DNA from: Flavobacteriaceae bacterium
GTDB lineage: Bacteria; Bacteroidota; Bacteroidia; Flavobacteriales; Flavobacteriaceae
Assembly (NCBI GenBank): GCA_049115595.1
Contig: JAGDZS010000007.1
Coordinates: 217,219-281,218 of the forward strand
Direction: 5' to 3'
DNA: 64,000 nt
Shown in pieces: positions 27,621 to 37,532 of this stretch (position 1 is its first letter; the number at the start of each line of letters is the position of its first letter). The notes below the pieces were generated by a model. It was not told the DNA's origin, made no database searches, and saw only the letters and a program-made list of their open reading frames with translations. Made by a program: the position numbers and the translations under genes.

Positions 27621-30321
27621 AATCTACAGCTACAACTTTATATTCTGGTGTTAAAGTTTCTTTATCACCAACACTTCCTGTAATGATATTAATAAAAACT
27701 TCGGGCTGGTGGAATGTAGTTCTTAAAACACCTCGCTTTACATTTCTAGAGTATTTAATTGGTATATTAACACTTCCTCTGTCTGAAAAAATTCGAACGA
27801 TCTCGTTATCTTCAATTCCTTTTTTGATCGCATCTTTAGGATGAACTTCTAAGATGTCTTTTGCCAGAATCTTTTGGTTGTCCGTTCTACGTGTCATGGT
27901 TCCAGAATTGTAATGTTCTAATTCTCTACCTGTAGTTAAGATAAATGGATATTGATTTCCATGTTCTACAATTTCAGGAGATTCTTCAAAATCGAAATGA
28001 TGAAAAGTTCCTATTCCTTTTTTAAACTGACCATCGACATGCAACATTTTTGTGTCTGTTCCATCTTCTTTGATAGGCCATTGCAAACCATTTTCACCTA
28101 AGCGTTCCCAAGAAAGTCCTTTCATAAATGGAATTACATCAGCAATTTCTTCAATTACATTTGCAGCATCATAGGTTAATCCAGTTGGTTGTTTGTATCC
28201 TAATCGATCCATGATGTCAATGATAATCTGTCCATCAGGTTTTGTATTTCCGATAGGCTCAACCACTTTATTTACACGTTGTACTCTTCGTTCTCCATTG
28301 GTAAAAGTTCCATTCTTTTCAAAATAAGAAGAAGCGGGTAAAATAACATCTGCCATTTCAGTGGTTGCGGTCATAAATAATTCTTGAACTACAATCAATT
28401 CAACTTGCTCAAAAGCTTTAATACTATGATTTGTATTTGGATCCGTCATAATGGTGTCTTCTCCCATTATGTATAACGCTTTGATTTTTCCATCAATGGC
28501 AGCATCTAACATTTCAGGAATCTTCAAACCGTTGGTTGTTGGCATTTTTTCGATTCCATACTTCTCTGCATAATATTGCTGTATGTCTTGTTTGCTCACG
28601 TCTAAATATCCTGCTCCTTGGTGAGGTTGAACTCCCATATCTGCAGCTCCTTGTACGTTGTTTTGACCTCTTAAAGGATTTAGTCCCACTCCATTTTTAC
28701 CAATATTACCAGTCATCATTGCCAAGTTAGACAGTAGCATTACTGTTTTACTACCTTGAAAATGCTCGGTTACACCCAATCCATGGAATTCCATCGCTCT
28801 GTCTGCACTTGCGTATGCAATAGCAGCTTCTCGTACCACTTCTTTAGAAACACCTGTCAGTTTTTCAAGTTCATCCATGTCTAAATTTTCTACATGGCTT
28901 TTAAACTCATTATATTTCTCTGTGTAAGATTCGATAAAGTGTTCGTTTACTAAGTTCTCCATTACAATGTAATGTGCCAACATGTTTAAAATAGCGACAT
29001 TAGTTCCTGGTCTAATTTGTAAAAAGTGAGTAGCTAGTTCAGCTAACTTTGTTTTTACAGGATCTACTACAATGGAAGTGACGCCTTTCATAAAGGCTTG
29101 CTTAATCTTTGCACCCGTAACTGGATGTCCTTTTATCGGATTTGCTCCAAATAAGAAAATAGCATCGGTTTGTTTTAAATCTTCGACTGAATTTGTGGCA
29201 GCACCAGTTCCGAAAGATTGTTGCATTCCCCATGCAGTAGGAGCGTGGCAAACACGTGCACATCCATCAATATTATTAGTTCCAACTCCAACACGAATCA
29301 TTTTTTGCATTAAATAATTCTCTTCATTCGTTGCTCTAGAAGATGAAATCCCTCCAATAGAATCGGCTCCGTATTTATTTTTAATGTCAATTAGTTTGGT
29401 TGCGATAAAATCATAGGCTTCATCCCAAGTAACAACTTCAAACTTCCCATTCTTTTTCATCATCGGCTCTCTTAATCGATCTGGGTGATCATAGAATTCA
29501 AAAGCAAATCGACCTTTTAAACAGGTATGACCTTCATTTACTTCGGCAGTTTCAGGAGCTTGAATTCCTTTTATCTCACCATCAATTACCGAAACATCTA
29601 ATTGGCAACCTACTCCACAATAGGTACAGGTTGTTCTTACCGTTTTGTCGGCTATTAATGTCTTCGTTTCATATTTATCGGTTAACGCTTCTGTAGGACA
29701 AGTTTGAACACACGCACCACAAGAAACACAGGCAGATTCGTCAAAAGAAGTATCAAAACCTTTGATAATGTTTGAAGCAAATCCACGTCCAGTCATATTC
29801 AAGATCATTTCACCTTGAATCTCTTCACAAGCTCTTACGCATCGAAAACAATTAATACACTGTGATAAATCGGATTTAATATATGGATGCGCTCTATCTG
29901 GCTCTATGTCTAAATGATTTGAACCTTCAGGGTAGCGAATATTTGGAACTCCAATTTGCGCAATAGTTTCTTGAAAAGGAGTTGGTTTTTTGTCCTCTGA
30001 AGGAAAAACTTTATCAGAAGGATAATCTGTTAATACCAATTCGACAATATTCTTACGAAGACGTTGCATCTTCTCTGTATTGTGGTAGATGTAAAATCCT
30101 TCTCCAACAGGTGTATGACAAGAAGCCATGGTCCTGGTTGCGCCATCTTTTTCTCTTGCTACTTCTACAGAACAAACTCGACAGGAACCAAAATTCTCCA
30201 ATCGATCATCTTGACACATCGTAGGGATGACATTTTTATTCTCCTCAATTCTTCTAACAAAATCTAAAATGGTTTCGCCAGATTGAAATTCGAAAGCTTC
30301 ATTATTGATATATGCTGTCAT
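27607..30321 (-). CDS. fdhF: formate dehydrogenase alpha subunit (Mo-bisPGD, Cys-ligated, with N-terminal Fe-S domains)
   Basis: 2Fe-2S and two 4Fe-4S Cys motifs, CTYCGVGC, CLKGRF, CARVCHAP, PLRGQNNVQG, molydop-binding C-terminus. Confidence 0.93.
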   Translation of the reverse strand: MTAYINNEAFEFQSGETILDFVRRIEENKNVIPTMCQDDRLENFGSCRVCSVEVAREKDGATRTMASCHTPVGEGFYIYHNTEKMQRLRKNIVELVLTDYPSDKVFPSEDKKPTPFQETIAQIGVPNIRYPEGSNHLDIEPDRAHPYIKSDLSQCINCFRCVRACEEIQGEMILNMTGRGFASNIIKGFDTSFDESACVSCGACVQTCPTEALTDKYETKTLIADKTVRTTCTYCGVGCQLDVSVIDGEIKGIQAPETAEVNEGHTCLKGRFAFEFYDHPDRLREPMMKKNGKFEVVTWDEAYDFIATKLIDIKNKYGADSIGGISSSRATNEENYLMQKMIRVGVGTNNIDGCARVCHAPTAWGMQQSFGTGAATNSVEDLKQTDAIFLFGANPIKGHPVTGAKIKQAFMKGVTSIVVDPVKTKLAELATHFLQIRPGTNVAILNMLAHYIVMENLVNEHFIESYTEKYNEFKSHVENLDMDELEKLTGVSKEVVREAAIAYASADRAMEFHGLGVTEHFQGSKTVMLLSNLAMMTGNIGKNGVGLNPLRGQNNVQGAADMGVQPHQGAGYLDVSKQDIQQYYAEKYGIEKMPTTNGLKIPEMLDAAIDGKIKALYIMGEDTIMTDPNTNHSIKAFEQVELIVVQELFMTATTEMADVILPASSYFEKNGTFTNGERRVQRVNKVVEPIGNTKPDGQIIIDIMDRLGYKQPTGLTYDAANVIEEIADVIPFMKGLSWERLGENGLQWPIKEDGTDTKMLHVDGQFKKGIGTFHHFDFEESPEIVEHGNQYPFILTTGRELEHYNSGTMTRRTDNQKILAKDILEVHPKDAIKKGIEDNEIVRIFSDRGSVNIPIKYSRNVKRGVLRTTFHQPEVFINIITGSVGDKETLTPEYKVVAVDFERI

Positions 30322-30328
30322 AATTTTC

Positions 30329-31954
30329 TTAGTTGTTTGTAAAGTATTCTTTTAATTCATCTTGGAAGTATTGCAATGCATTTTTAAGAGGCAATGGAAC
30401 ACCGCCACCTAATGCACATAAAGAACCTATCTCTAACGTTTCTAGTAAATCGTCAAATAATTGCCTGTCTATTTTATAATTTTCATTTTGAGCTTTTTGT
30501 AACATTTCCATTCCTCTGTGAGAACCTATTCTACAAGGGTAACATTTACCACAAGATTCATCAGCAGTAAATTCTAAAAGATGTTCTAAAAATTTCACCA
30601 TTGGATAATCTACAGGAATAGACACAAAACTTGCATGTCCAAGAAGGAAGTTATTACTTCCTAAAGATTCAAAATCCAACGTAAGTTCTGAGATTTTATA
30701 CATTGGAACAATTCCTCCAAGTGGACCTCCAATTTGCAATCCTTTAACTTCTGATTTAAATCCGCCTCCAAAATCATCAAAAAGGGTTTGTAAAGGTGTT
30801 CCCATTTCAATTTCATACATACCAGGCGTATTGAAAAAACTATCTAATGAAACTAACTTTGTTCCTGTAGATTGTTTTGTTCCTATGGCAGCGTATTGAT
30901 CTCCTCCGTTCTCTAGAATCCAATGAACGTTTGCAAACGTTTCTACATTGCTTAATACTGTTGGTTTTCCATATAAACCATATTGAGCTGGATAGGGAGG
31001 ACGTACACGAACTTCTGGACGTAGACCTTCTATAGAACTTAGTAGAGCAGTTTCTTCTCCACAGACATAAGATCCTTGCCCTCTTATTATTTTGAACTTG
31101 AAAGTTCCTATTAAGTTTTTCTGTTTTAATTCTTCAATAGCGTCATTTACAATACGAATAGAATCTGGATATTCACCACGGATGTATAGAACTCCAGTAT
31201 CTGCTCCTACGGTTAACCCAGCCATGTACATACCAAATAATACTTTGTGTGGTTGGTGCTCCATTAGATACATATCTGAATACGCACCTGGATCGCCTTC
31301 ATCTGCATTACAGACAATATACTTTTGTTCGTTAGTTTCTTTGATAACTGCATCAAGCTTAAACCAAAAAGGGAATCCAGCTCCACCACGTCCTCGTAAG
31401 TTTGAAGTTTTTAATTGCTGTATTATATTTTGTGGGTTGTTCTTGTGTTTTTCTGCTAAGGCATAGAATTTAGTGACGTCGCTTATTTTTGATGTTAAAA
31501 TAGGCGTTGTATTGGCCGCAACTTTGTAATCGTTCTCTTGATATTCTTTTCCTATAACGATAAGTTCTACTTCTTCTTTGGTTGCTGCATTGTATGTTTT
31601 GTCATCATACATAAATGCATTGTTTGTATGACATCTTCCAACACATGCAGCATGACCAATTTCATCTTCCTTAAAAAGGCTTCCTAAATTTTTGTGAAGA
31701 TTATGTTGTGTATTTGCAACCATACAAGCTGTACCGCTACATACGTGAACCTTTTTGTTTTTGTTTTCTTCTCTGGTGAAATCGTAAAATGTACTTGCGC
31801 CTAAAACAACAGAATCGTCAATCATAAAACGTTTTGACAACCCTTGTAAAGCTTCTTTAGAATTATTTTCTTGAGAAGCAGTTGCCATGTTTTCAAATAG
31901 GTTATCATCTAATTCTTTTCTAGAAGATAGGGTACGAATATTTTTGTTTGCCAT
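30329..31954 (-). CDS. NuoE/NuoF-like fused diaphorase subunit (FDH beta/gamma)
   Basis: CSGTAC..CVGRC (2Fe-2S), GRGGAGFP, NADEGDPG, YVCGEETAL, SCGKCYPCR..CALG. Confidence 0.9.
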   Translation of the reverse strand: MANKNIRTLSSRKELDDNLFENMATASQENNSKEALQGLSKRFMIDDSVVLGASTFYDFTREENKNKKVHVCSGTACMVANTQHNLHKNLGSLFKEDEIGHAACVGRCHTNNAFMYDDKTYNAATKEEVELIVIGKEYQENDYKVAANTTPILTSKISDVTKFYALAEKHKNNPQNIIQQLKTSNLRGRGGAGFPFWFKLDAVIKETNEQKYIVCNADEGDPGAYSDMYLMEHQPHKVLFGMYMAGLTVGADTGVLYIRGEYPDSIRIVNDAIEELKQKNLIGTFKFKIIRGQGSYVCGEETALLSSIEGLRPEVRVRPPYPAQYGLYGKPTVLSNVETFANVHWILENGGDQYAAIGTKQSTGTKLVSLDSFFNTPGMYEIEMGTPLQTLFDDFGGGFKSEVKGLQIGGPLGGIVPMYKISELTLDFESLGSNNFLLGHASFVSIPVDYPMVKFLEHLLEFTADESCGKCYPCRIGSHRGMEMLQKAQNENYKIDRQLFDDLLETLEIGSLCALGGGVPLPLKNALQYFQDELKEYFTNN

Positions 31955-31989
31955 TATTCTAATATCTAATGGTTAAAATTAATAAAATT

Positions 31990-32010
31990 ATGTGAGTAAG
32001 ATATCACATA
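31990..32010. promoter_or_regulatory. palindromic putative operator upstream of the fdh operon
   Basis: ATGTGA-GTAAGATA-TCACAT (TGTGA-N8-TCACA), about 36-56 bp upstream of the start codon. Confidence 0.5.
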
Positions 32011-32230
32011 TTTTTTATTAAATAAGATGTTTTAACATCTGCGTTTAGAAATAGCAAGAGCCTTGAATTATCAAGGCTCTTGTAGTGTTTTATACCCCTA
32101 AAAATAAAACACTAATTTAAAAACCTTTCCAGGTTCTCGTTTTAAAAGTAAAGAAAAAAAATGGATTTTATTGTGTTTCAAAGCTGCTAATTGACTTAAT
32201 GAACTCACTTATAGACATATGTTAATATTT

Positions 32231-33406
32231 TTAAGCCCTTTTACAGAAAATACATTGAAATTCGCCATCCATATTCGTTGTAAAGAACAAATAATTATCA
32301 CCTCCATCTTTGATCTTTAATTCTTTCCGAATTTGGGCAACAGTTTTTGGAAAATTACGTGTTGTAATATTGGCCTTGTTTTCTTTTAAGAAGCGTTTGA
32401 TTTTCTTTTTATCGTACGGAAGTACCTCTGTAATTTGAAATGTTCTCCCTGGGAAGTCAATCAAAACCTCTGAAGTATATAAATGAGAATGCTGGTGTAG
32501 TTTATAGACATCAAATGTAGAAGTTATATGATGAAACCCTCCTGATTTTAATATAGCAGCATTGGGTTCATAGATGAATTTTTGAGGAAGGCTGTAGTAA
32601 GAACTGCTATCTGACCCGTAAGTAAATGTAAATTCTTGGGTTGCTTCTTTTTTGAAATTGAGTGTGCTGACCTCTATGCTCCCTTGATATCCTTTCTGCA
32701 TTAAGAAAAGCAGTTCTTTTACATCATTATTGATCGCTACAATATGAATTTCCTTTACGTATTTCAATTCATTGATTGCACTTTTGATGTCTAAAATAGG
32801 GGAGTTTTTTAATAAAACAACTTCAGATTTCTCAAACAATACATCAATATTATCAGGGATATTAGGTTCACAATCTCTTAACAAAAAAACTTTTCCTTTT
32901 TGATCATTTCTTCGTGAAGGATCAACGTAAATAACATCAAAATTTTCTGAGCTACCTCGAAGGCACTCAAGTCCATCCTTTGAAAGCGTCTCGACGTTTT
33001 CAACGCCTAACTTTTTGAAATTATGAGTAGTGATTTCTGAAAGAGGCACATTAATCTCACAATGAGTTACTGTTTCAAATCGCTTTGAAAAATAGAAGGT
33101 GTCTACCCCAAATCCACCAGTAATATCAATGATACGTTTACCAGAGACTAAACTTGATTTGTATTCAGCAGTAAGTTCTGATGAGGTTTGTTCAATGTTT
33201 AGTTTTGGAGGATAATAAATGTTTTTTGTCTGAAACCAACTAGGTAATTTCTTTTCACACTTTTGTTTCGATACAATCTGATGTGCTAATTCTTGTATTG
33301 AAATATCGTTAAAAGGAGATCCTTTTAAAATCAATTGAGTAATGTTTGATTTTAAATGCTGATCAATATAGTCTTGAACGTCTTGATGTAAAATTCGTTC
33401 GTTCAA
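32231..33406 (-). CDS. class I SAM-dependent methyltransferase with THUMP-like C-terminus
   Basis: EQTSSE.TA.YK, IIDITGGFGVD, YVDPSRR, YEPNAAILKSG. Confidence 0.88.
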   Translation of the reverse strand: MNERILHQDVQDYIDQHLKSNITQLILKGSPFNDISIQELAHQIVSKQKCEKKLPSWFQTKNIYYPPKLNIEQTSSELTAEYKSSLVSGKRIIDITGGFGVDTFYFSKRFETVTHCEINVPLSEITTHNFKKLGVENVETLSKDGLECLRGSSENFDVIYVDPSRRNDQKGKVFLLRDCEPNIPDNIDVLFEKSEVVLLKNSPILDIKSAINELKYVKEIHIVAINNDVKELLFLMQKGYQGSIEVSTLNFKKEATQEFTFTYGSDSSSYYSLPQKFIYEPNAAILKSGGFHHITSTFDVYKLHQHSHLYTSEVLIDFPGRTFQITEVLPYDKKKIKRFLKENKANITTRNFPKTVAQIRKELKIKDGGDNYLFFTTNMDGEFQCIFCKRA

Positions 33407-33412
33407 CGTTGA

Positions 33413-34501
33413 TTAAATATCTTTTGTTAATGATTTAACGATCTTATTATCAGAAATAAATTCTTTTAAAATCACTTTAACTACTGTATACGTAGGCACA
33501 GCAATGATCATTCCGACTGGCCCCATCAATAATCCGCCAATGATAATGATTAAGAAAATTTCTAAGGGATGTGACTTGGTCGTTTTGGAAAATATAAATG
33601 GCTGACTTGCAAAATTATCTACTAGTTGAGCAATAAAATAACCAATCATCACATAGATTGTTGTTGGTAAAATCTCTGTTTGAAAATCTAAATTTTGACC
33701 GACCCCACTTGTCATTGTTAAAACAATCATTAAGAAAGCTCCGATTAATGGTCCTACATAAGGAATGATGTTAAGTAAAGCACATAAGAAGGCAATTACA
33801 ACGGCATTAGAGACACCAAAAATCAATAGAATAACCGTGTAAAGGATAAATAGAATTGTAATTTGTATTACTAAACCGATAAAGTATCTTGATAACAAGT
33901 CATTGATCTTCTCTAAAGAAAAAGAAAATCTTTTCTCTGTTCCATTAGGAATTACTGTTAACAGGGCGCTTTTAAATAATCTACTGTCTTTCATAAAGAA
34001 GAAAGAAATAAATAAAACAGAAAATAAACCAACACTTAACGAACCTAAAGCACCTACAATAGAATTCAACACATTTGGAATGGATTTTAAACTAGAAAAT
34101 AGATCAGCACTTTTTAATTCACTTAAAAGATCAATATTCTTTGAAGTAAAGTAATCATTTGCTTGAGTAATAAGGTCTCCTATATTTTTCTGAAGTTCAT
34201 CTGTTTGTAAAAGCGATAGGCTTTTTCCTTGTTCAATTACTAAAGGAATAAACATTCCTATGACACCTAGTAGTAAAACGATGAAAACAATCATAGTGCT
34301 TACAACAGCTAACGTATTTGGAAATTTTAACTTCCTTCTTAAAAATATAATGATAGGTCGTGCAATTAAAGCAATCACAGCCGCAATAGCTATATATACT
34401 AGAACTGATTGTATTTTATACAAGAAAAAACACAAGATAGCTATTCCTAAAACGATAGCAAGTGCTCTTAAAATTCCGTTTGAAATTGTTCTTACATCCA
34501 T
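33413..34501 (-). CDS. AI-2E family transporter
   Basis: Multi-TM; LNIIPYVGP, QLVDN...P, HPLEI, GMIIAVP. Confidence 0.9.
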   Translation of the reverse strand: MDVRTISNGILRALAIVLGIAILCFFLYKIQSVLVYIAIAAVIALIARPIIIFLRRKLKFPNTLAVVSTMIVFIVLLLGVIGMFIPLVIEQGKSLSLLQTDELQKNIGDLITQANDYFTSKNIDLLSELKSADLFSSLKSIPNVLNSIVGALGSLSVGLFSVLFISFFFMKDSRLFKSALLTVIPNGTEKRFSFSLEKINDLLSRYFIGLVIQITILFILYTVILLIFGVSNAVVIAFLCALLNIIPYVGPLIGAFLMIVLTMTSGVGQNLDFQTEILPTTIYVMIGYFIAQLVDNFASQPFIFSKTTKSHPLEIFLIIIIGGLLMGPVGMIIAVPTYTVVKVILKEFISDNKIVKSLTKDI

Positions 34502-35754
34502 TAGTTATATCCTTTTACATCTCCCATACTTAATTTTCCTCCACTTGAGAATGTGTGATTTTTTGGTAGCATGGTGCCAGATTCAGTTTCAATCCAATCT
34601 TCCCAAGTTGCAGGAGTAGCAACCATTTTCATGCTTGGAACATACATTTGGTAACTAGTAGGTAGATAGTTTTCATCTAAAATCCAAACATAAGAATCAC
34701 CAGGAGTAGTCCCTCCTGTAGAATATTTTACTCTTAGAGCTTCTTTACCATCAATCATTTCTATGTTACGATATATGCCTGGTTCAAATAACTTGTGAGG
34801 AGCCACTAACCAAAAGCTATCATTATTAAAATAATTCCAAGCTCTTTTTATAAGGGTTTCACCATTTTTTATTTTCTTTTCTTTCAGGTAAACAGTGCTT
34901 TTTTCTTTGTTACTTGGATGCAAAATCACTTTTGCATCATTCCATGTTACTTCTACAATGTGCTTTTCTTTGTCCCACTTGTAAGCACGTCTTCCTCCAA
35001 AACTCCAATCGATATAGCGAGTTTTTTTATACGCTTCATGTTTTACAGCGTTTAATATTTTATTTGCTAGAGCATCTGCATTTGGATTGTAGGCTTTTAC
35101 TTCACCCATATCTAATTCCATACCTAATATGGAAAGCTTGTGAGAGGTAGGAAGTTTTATCCCTGAATCTGAAGTTAGCATAGCATCCCATGTAGCAGAA
35201 ACACCGCCAATAGGAATAACTTCTGTCCACATTTTATAAGAAGTAGGAGTGTAGGTAGAGTCTAATATCCATAAGTAAGAATCTCCAGGAGTTGTTCCTC
35301 CAGTAGTATATTTTACCATTAAAGCATCTTCACCTTCGTGTTTAACAATACTTCTTTCGACCCCTTCATCAAAAACTTTGTAAGGAGCTACTAACCAAAA
35401 ACTATCGTTGTTAAAAAAATCTAAGGCTTTTTGAATAAGCTCAGGAGTATTCCCTTCACTTTTAGAGGAGTCATTTAGGTTAAGAGTTACTTTGTTTTTA
35501 TCCCAAGAAACTTCGACCAATCCTTCTTGTTTTTTCCACTTGTATTGATGTTTTCCTCTGAAATTCCATTCTAAAATTTCCGTCGTGTCAAATGCTTCTT
35601 TATTGATTGCGGTAACCATTTTTAAAGCCAGTTCATCAGCTTCTTTCCCTTTGGTGCCTTCAGGCAAAGATTCGTTGTTTGCAAAATAATAAATACCAAC
35701 AATAACAATCAGTATTAATAGTAGGATTCCTATAACTTTTAATAGCTTCTTCAT
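34501..35754 (-). CDS. hypothetical membrane-anchored protein with two tandem ~195-aa homologous domains
   Basis: FNNDSFWLVAP(Y/H)K and Y(T/S)TGGTTPGDSY.W each occur twice, 585 bp apart. Confidence 0.8.
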   Translation of the reverse strand: MKKLLKVIGILLLILIVIVGIYYFANNESLPEGTKGKEADELALKMVTAINKEAFDTTEILEWNFRGKHQYKWKKQEGLVEVSWDKNKVTLNLNDSSKSEGNTPELIQKALDFFNNDSFWLVAPYKVFDEGVERSIVKHEGEDALMVKYTTGGTTPGDSYLWILDSTYTPTSYKMWTEVIPIGGVSATWDAMLTSDSGIKLPTSHKLSILGMELDMGEVKAYNPNADALANKILNAVKHEAYKKTRYIDWSFGGRRAYKWDKEKHIVEVTWNDAKVILHPSNKEKSTVYLKEKKIKNGETLIKRAWNYFNNDSFWLVAPHKLFEPGIYRNIEMIDGKEALRVKYSTGGTTPGDSYVWILDENYLPTSYQMYVPSMKMVATPATWEDWIETESGTMLPKNHTFSSGGKLSMGDVKGYN

Positions 35755-35792
35755 TGAGTTTTAAATAATCAAATTCAGAAGCTAATTTACTA

Positions 35793-36452
35793 TTATTTAT
35801 TGGCTTTGTAATAATTTATTACGTGTGCAGGAATTTGAATTTCATTTGATGATTTTTCATCAGAAATTGGAGGTTCAGCAATTTGCTTTAAAGGGACAAT
35901 TCCTGCCCAAACATCTAAATCATAATCTTCAGGTTCATCTTGTACACCAACATCTCTTATTTTGGCTGATGCAGTTTCTATAGTCATTTCTACAACCAAC
36001 GTTCTATCTAATTCTTTTTGATGCATCGGTCTAATTCCATCCCAGCGCCCTTTCATCATATGCTCCATAAAGCATTTAAGTGCCTGTTCTTTATCATGAT
36101 CATCTTCTAGTTTCTTAACAGACCCAAAGAGTGTTGCAGAGCGATAATTCACTGAATGATGCAATCCAGATCTCGCTAATACCAAGCCATCTAAATGCAT
36201 GACAGTCATGCTTACTTCTTTTGTTTTTAGAAGGGAAACAAGCATTCTATTTGCATTAGATCCATGAAGGTATATTTTATTGCCATTCCTGCCATAGCCC
36301 ATAGGAATTGAGATTGGTTTTCCGTCATAGATATAATTTACGTACCCTATAAATCCAGCGTCTAAAATGGAGTTTATTTTTTCTACCTCATAAGTAGCTC
36401 TGTTTTGCCCTCTTTTAACTCTATTTAAGGATGATTTTTGATATTCTTTCAT
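35793..36452 (-). CDS. pyridoxamine 5'-phosphate oxidase family (flavin-nucleotide-binding) protein
   Basis: RVKRGQNRATY, IYLHGS, DGLVLARSG.HHSVNYRS, VWAGIVP; start taken at MKEYQK (36452). Confidence 0.9.
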   Translation of the reverse strand: MKEYQKSSLNRVKRGQNRATYEVEKINSILDAGFIGYVNYIYDGKPISIPMGYGRNGNKIYLHGSNANRMLVSLLKTKEVSMTVMHLDGLVLARSGLHHSVNYRSATLFGSVKKLEDDHDKEQALKCFMEHMMKGRWDGIRPMHQKELDRTLVVEMTIETASAKIRDVGVQDEPEDYDLDVWAGIVPLKQIAEPPISDEKSSNEIQIPAHVINYYKANK

Positions 36453-36639
36453 ATATATGTTTTTATAAGCTTTTAGATAGCACATGGTTTTCATAGTCTT
36501 TGCCATCTACAATGAAGTTTCCAATGACAGAAATGAATCTCAATTTGTATTCCCCGTTTGCAGACATTGAATACAAGTTAATAATCAAAGTGAAATACTC
36601 GGATACTATCTAGAATGATTGAATTTATATTGCACTCTT

Positions 36640-36930
36640 TTACCGTTCTTTTGGAGCAATATTTTTAAATTTTTCTGATAGGCGTTTTGCCTTTTCTAAA
36701 TCTTTTGGATCGAAAACTTTTTTTTCTGATACTGGGTATTTCTCAACCATTCTGGATGGCCTGATAGGTCTTTCTACAAAATTACCTGCACAGCTTGGAC
36801 ACACATTTTCAAAAACAGTGATTGCACACTCTTTACAATAGGTGCATTCGAAACTACAGATCATTGCTTCAGTAGAGGTGTTGGGTAAATCTTTGCCGCA
36901 ATGCTCACAGTTGGGTCTAATTTCTAACAT
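36640..36930 (-). CDS. DUF1272 domain protein
   Basis: MLEIRPNCEHC..DL, AMICSFECTYC..C, CPSCAGNFVERPIRP. Confidence 0.92.
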   Translation of the reverse strand: MLEIRPNCEHCGKDLPNTSTEAMICSFECTYCKECAITVFENVCPSCAGNFVERPIRPSRMVEKYPVSEKKVFDPKDLEKAKRLSEKFKNIAPKER

Positions 36931-36931
36931 C

Positions 36932-37450
36932 TTATAAATATTGTTTTTGTATCACTTCCATATGCCATATATCATGACCGATAATAGTAAATGCAGCTGC
37001 TCTAGCAGACATTTTGCCACCATTTGAGTTTCCAATAAATTGAAGGTTGTCATTACTTAGACTATGGAGTATGGCAATAGAACTATTTCGGTTGATAATA
37101 AATTCATTCAGAAGTTCATCCAAAGACTTTTCATTTGCACCAGAGGGTTCTATGTAAACATTTTGATCATAGCCAGCTAAAGCAGTTTCATCTCTTCTAG
37201 CAATCCTAAAACATCGATACATAAATATTCGTTCAGTATCAATAAGATGTTGTAACACCTCTTTAATTGACCATTTTCCTGGTAGATATCTGTAGCTTAA
37301 TTTTTCTATAGGAATTGATTTAAAAAAATCGACAAGAGCCTTTTTACCATTATTAAAACCTTGTCGAAGGCTTGCAGTGTCTGATACTTTATCAATATAT
37401 CTTTGATAGTAAACATCAAATTCCTCTGATTGTAATTCTAATTTTGTCAT
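36932..37450 (-). CDS. DinB family protein
   Basis: YRY.PGKWSIKEVLQHL.DTER, GH..WH. Confidence 0.9.
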   Translation of the reverse strand: MTKLELQSEEFDVYYQRYIDKVSDTASLRQGFNNGKKALVDFFKSIPIEKLSYRYLPGKWSIKEVLQHLIDTERIFMYRCFRIARRDETALAGYDQNVYIEPSGANEKSLDELLNEFIINRNSSIAILHSLSNDNLQFIGNSNGGKMSARAAAFTIIGHDIWHMEVIQKQYL

Positions 37451-37487
37451 TATTTTTTGATTTCTATATCAAAAGTACTAAGTTTAT

Positions 37488-37531
37488 GGACTGTTATTTT
37501 CATCCAGAATTAAAATAATAAGTAGTCCAGA
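37488..37531. promoter_or_regulatory. putative MocR-type operator in the divergent dinB/mocR spacer
   Basis: TGGACT (37488) / AGTCCA (37524) inverted pair plus TCCAGA direct repeats 23 bp apart; a TACTTTTG -7 box for dinB at 37470-37477 (minus strand). Confidence 0.55.
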
Positions 37532-37532
37532 T

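Noticed and set aside
32100-32230. Possible Moco riboswitch upstream of the fdh operon (TGGAAAGG on the minus strand)
   Set aside because: The other conserved segments I recall (CCGAG, CCUAAG, AGGGU..GAAA, GCCUCCCG) are not present in order.
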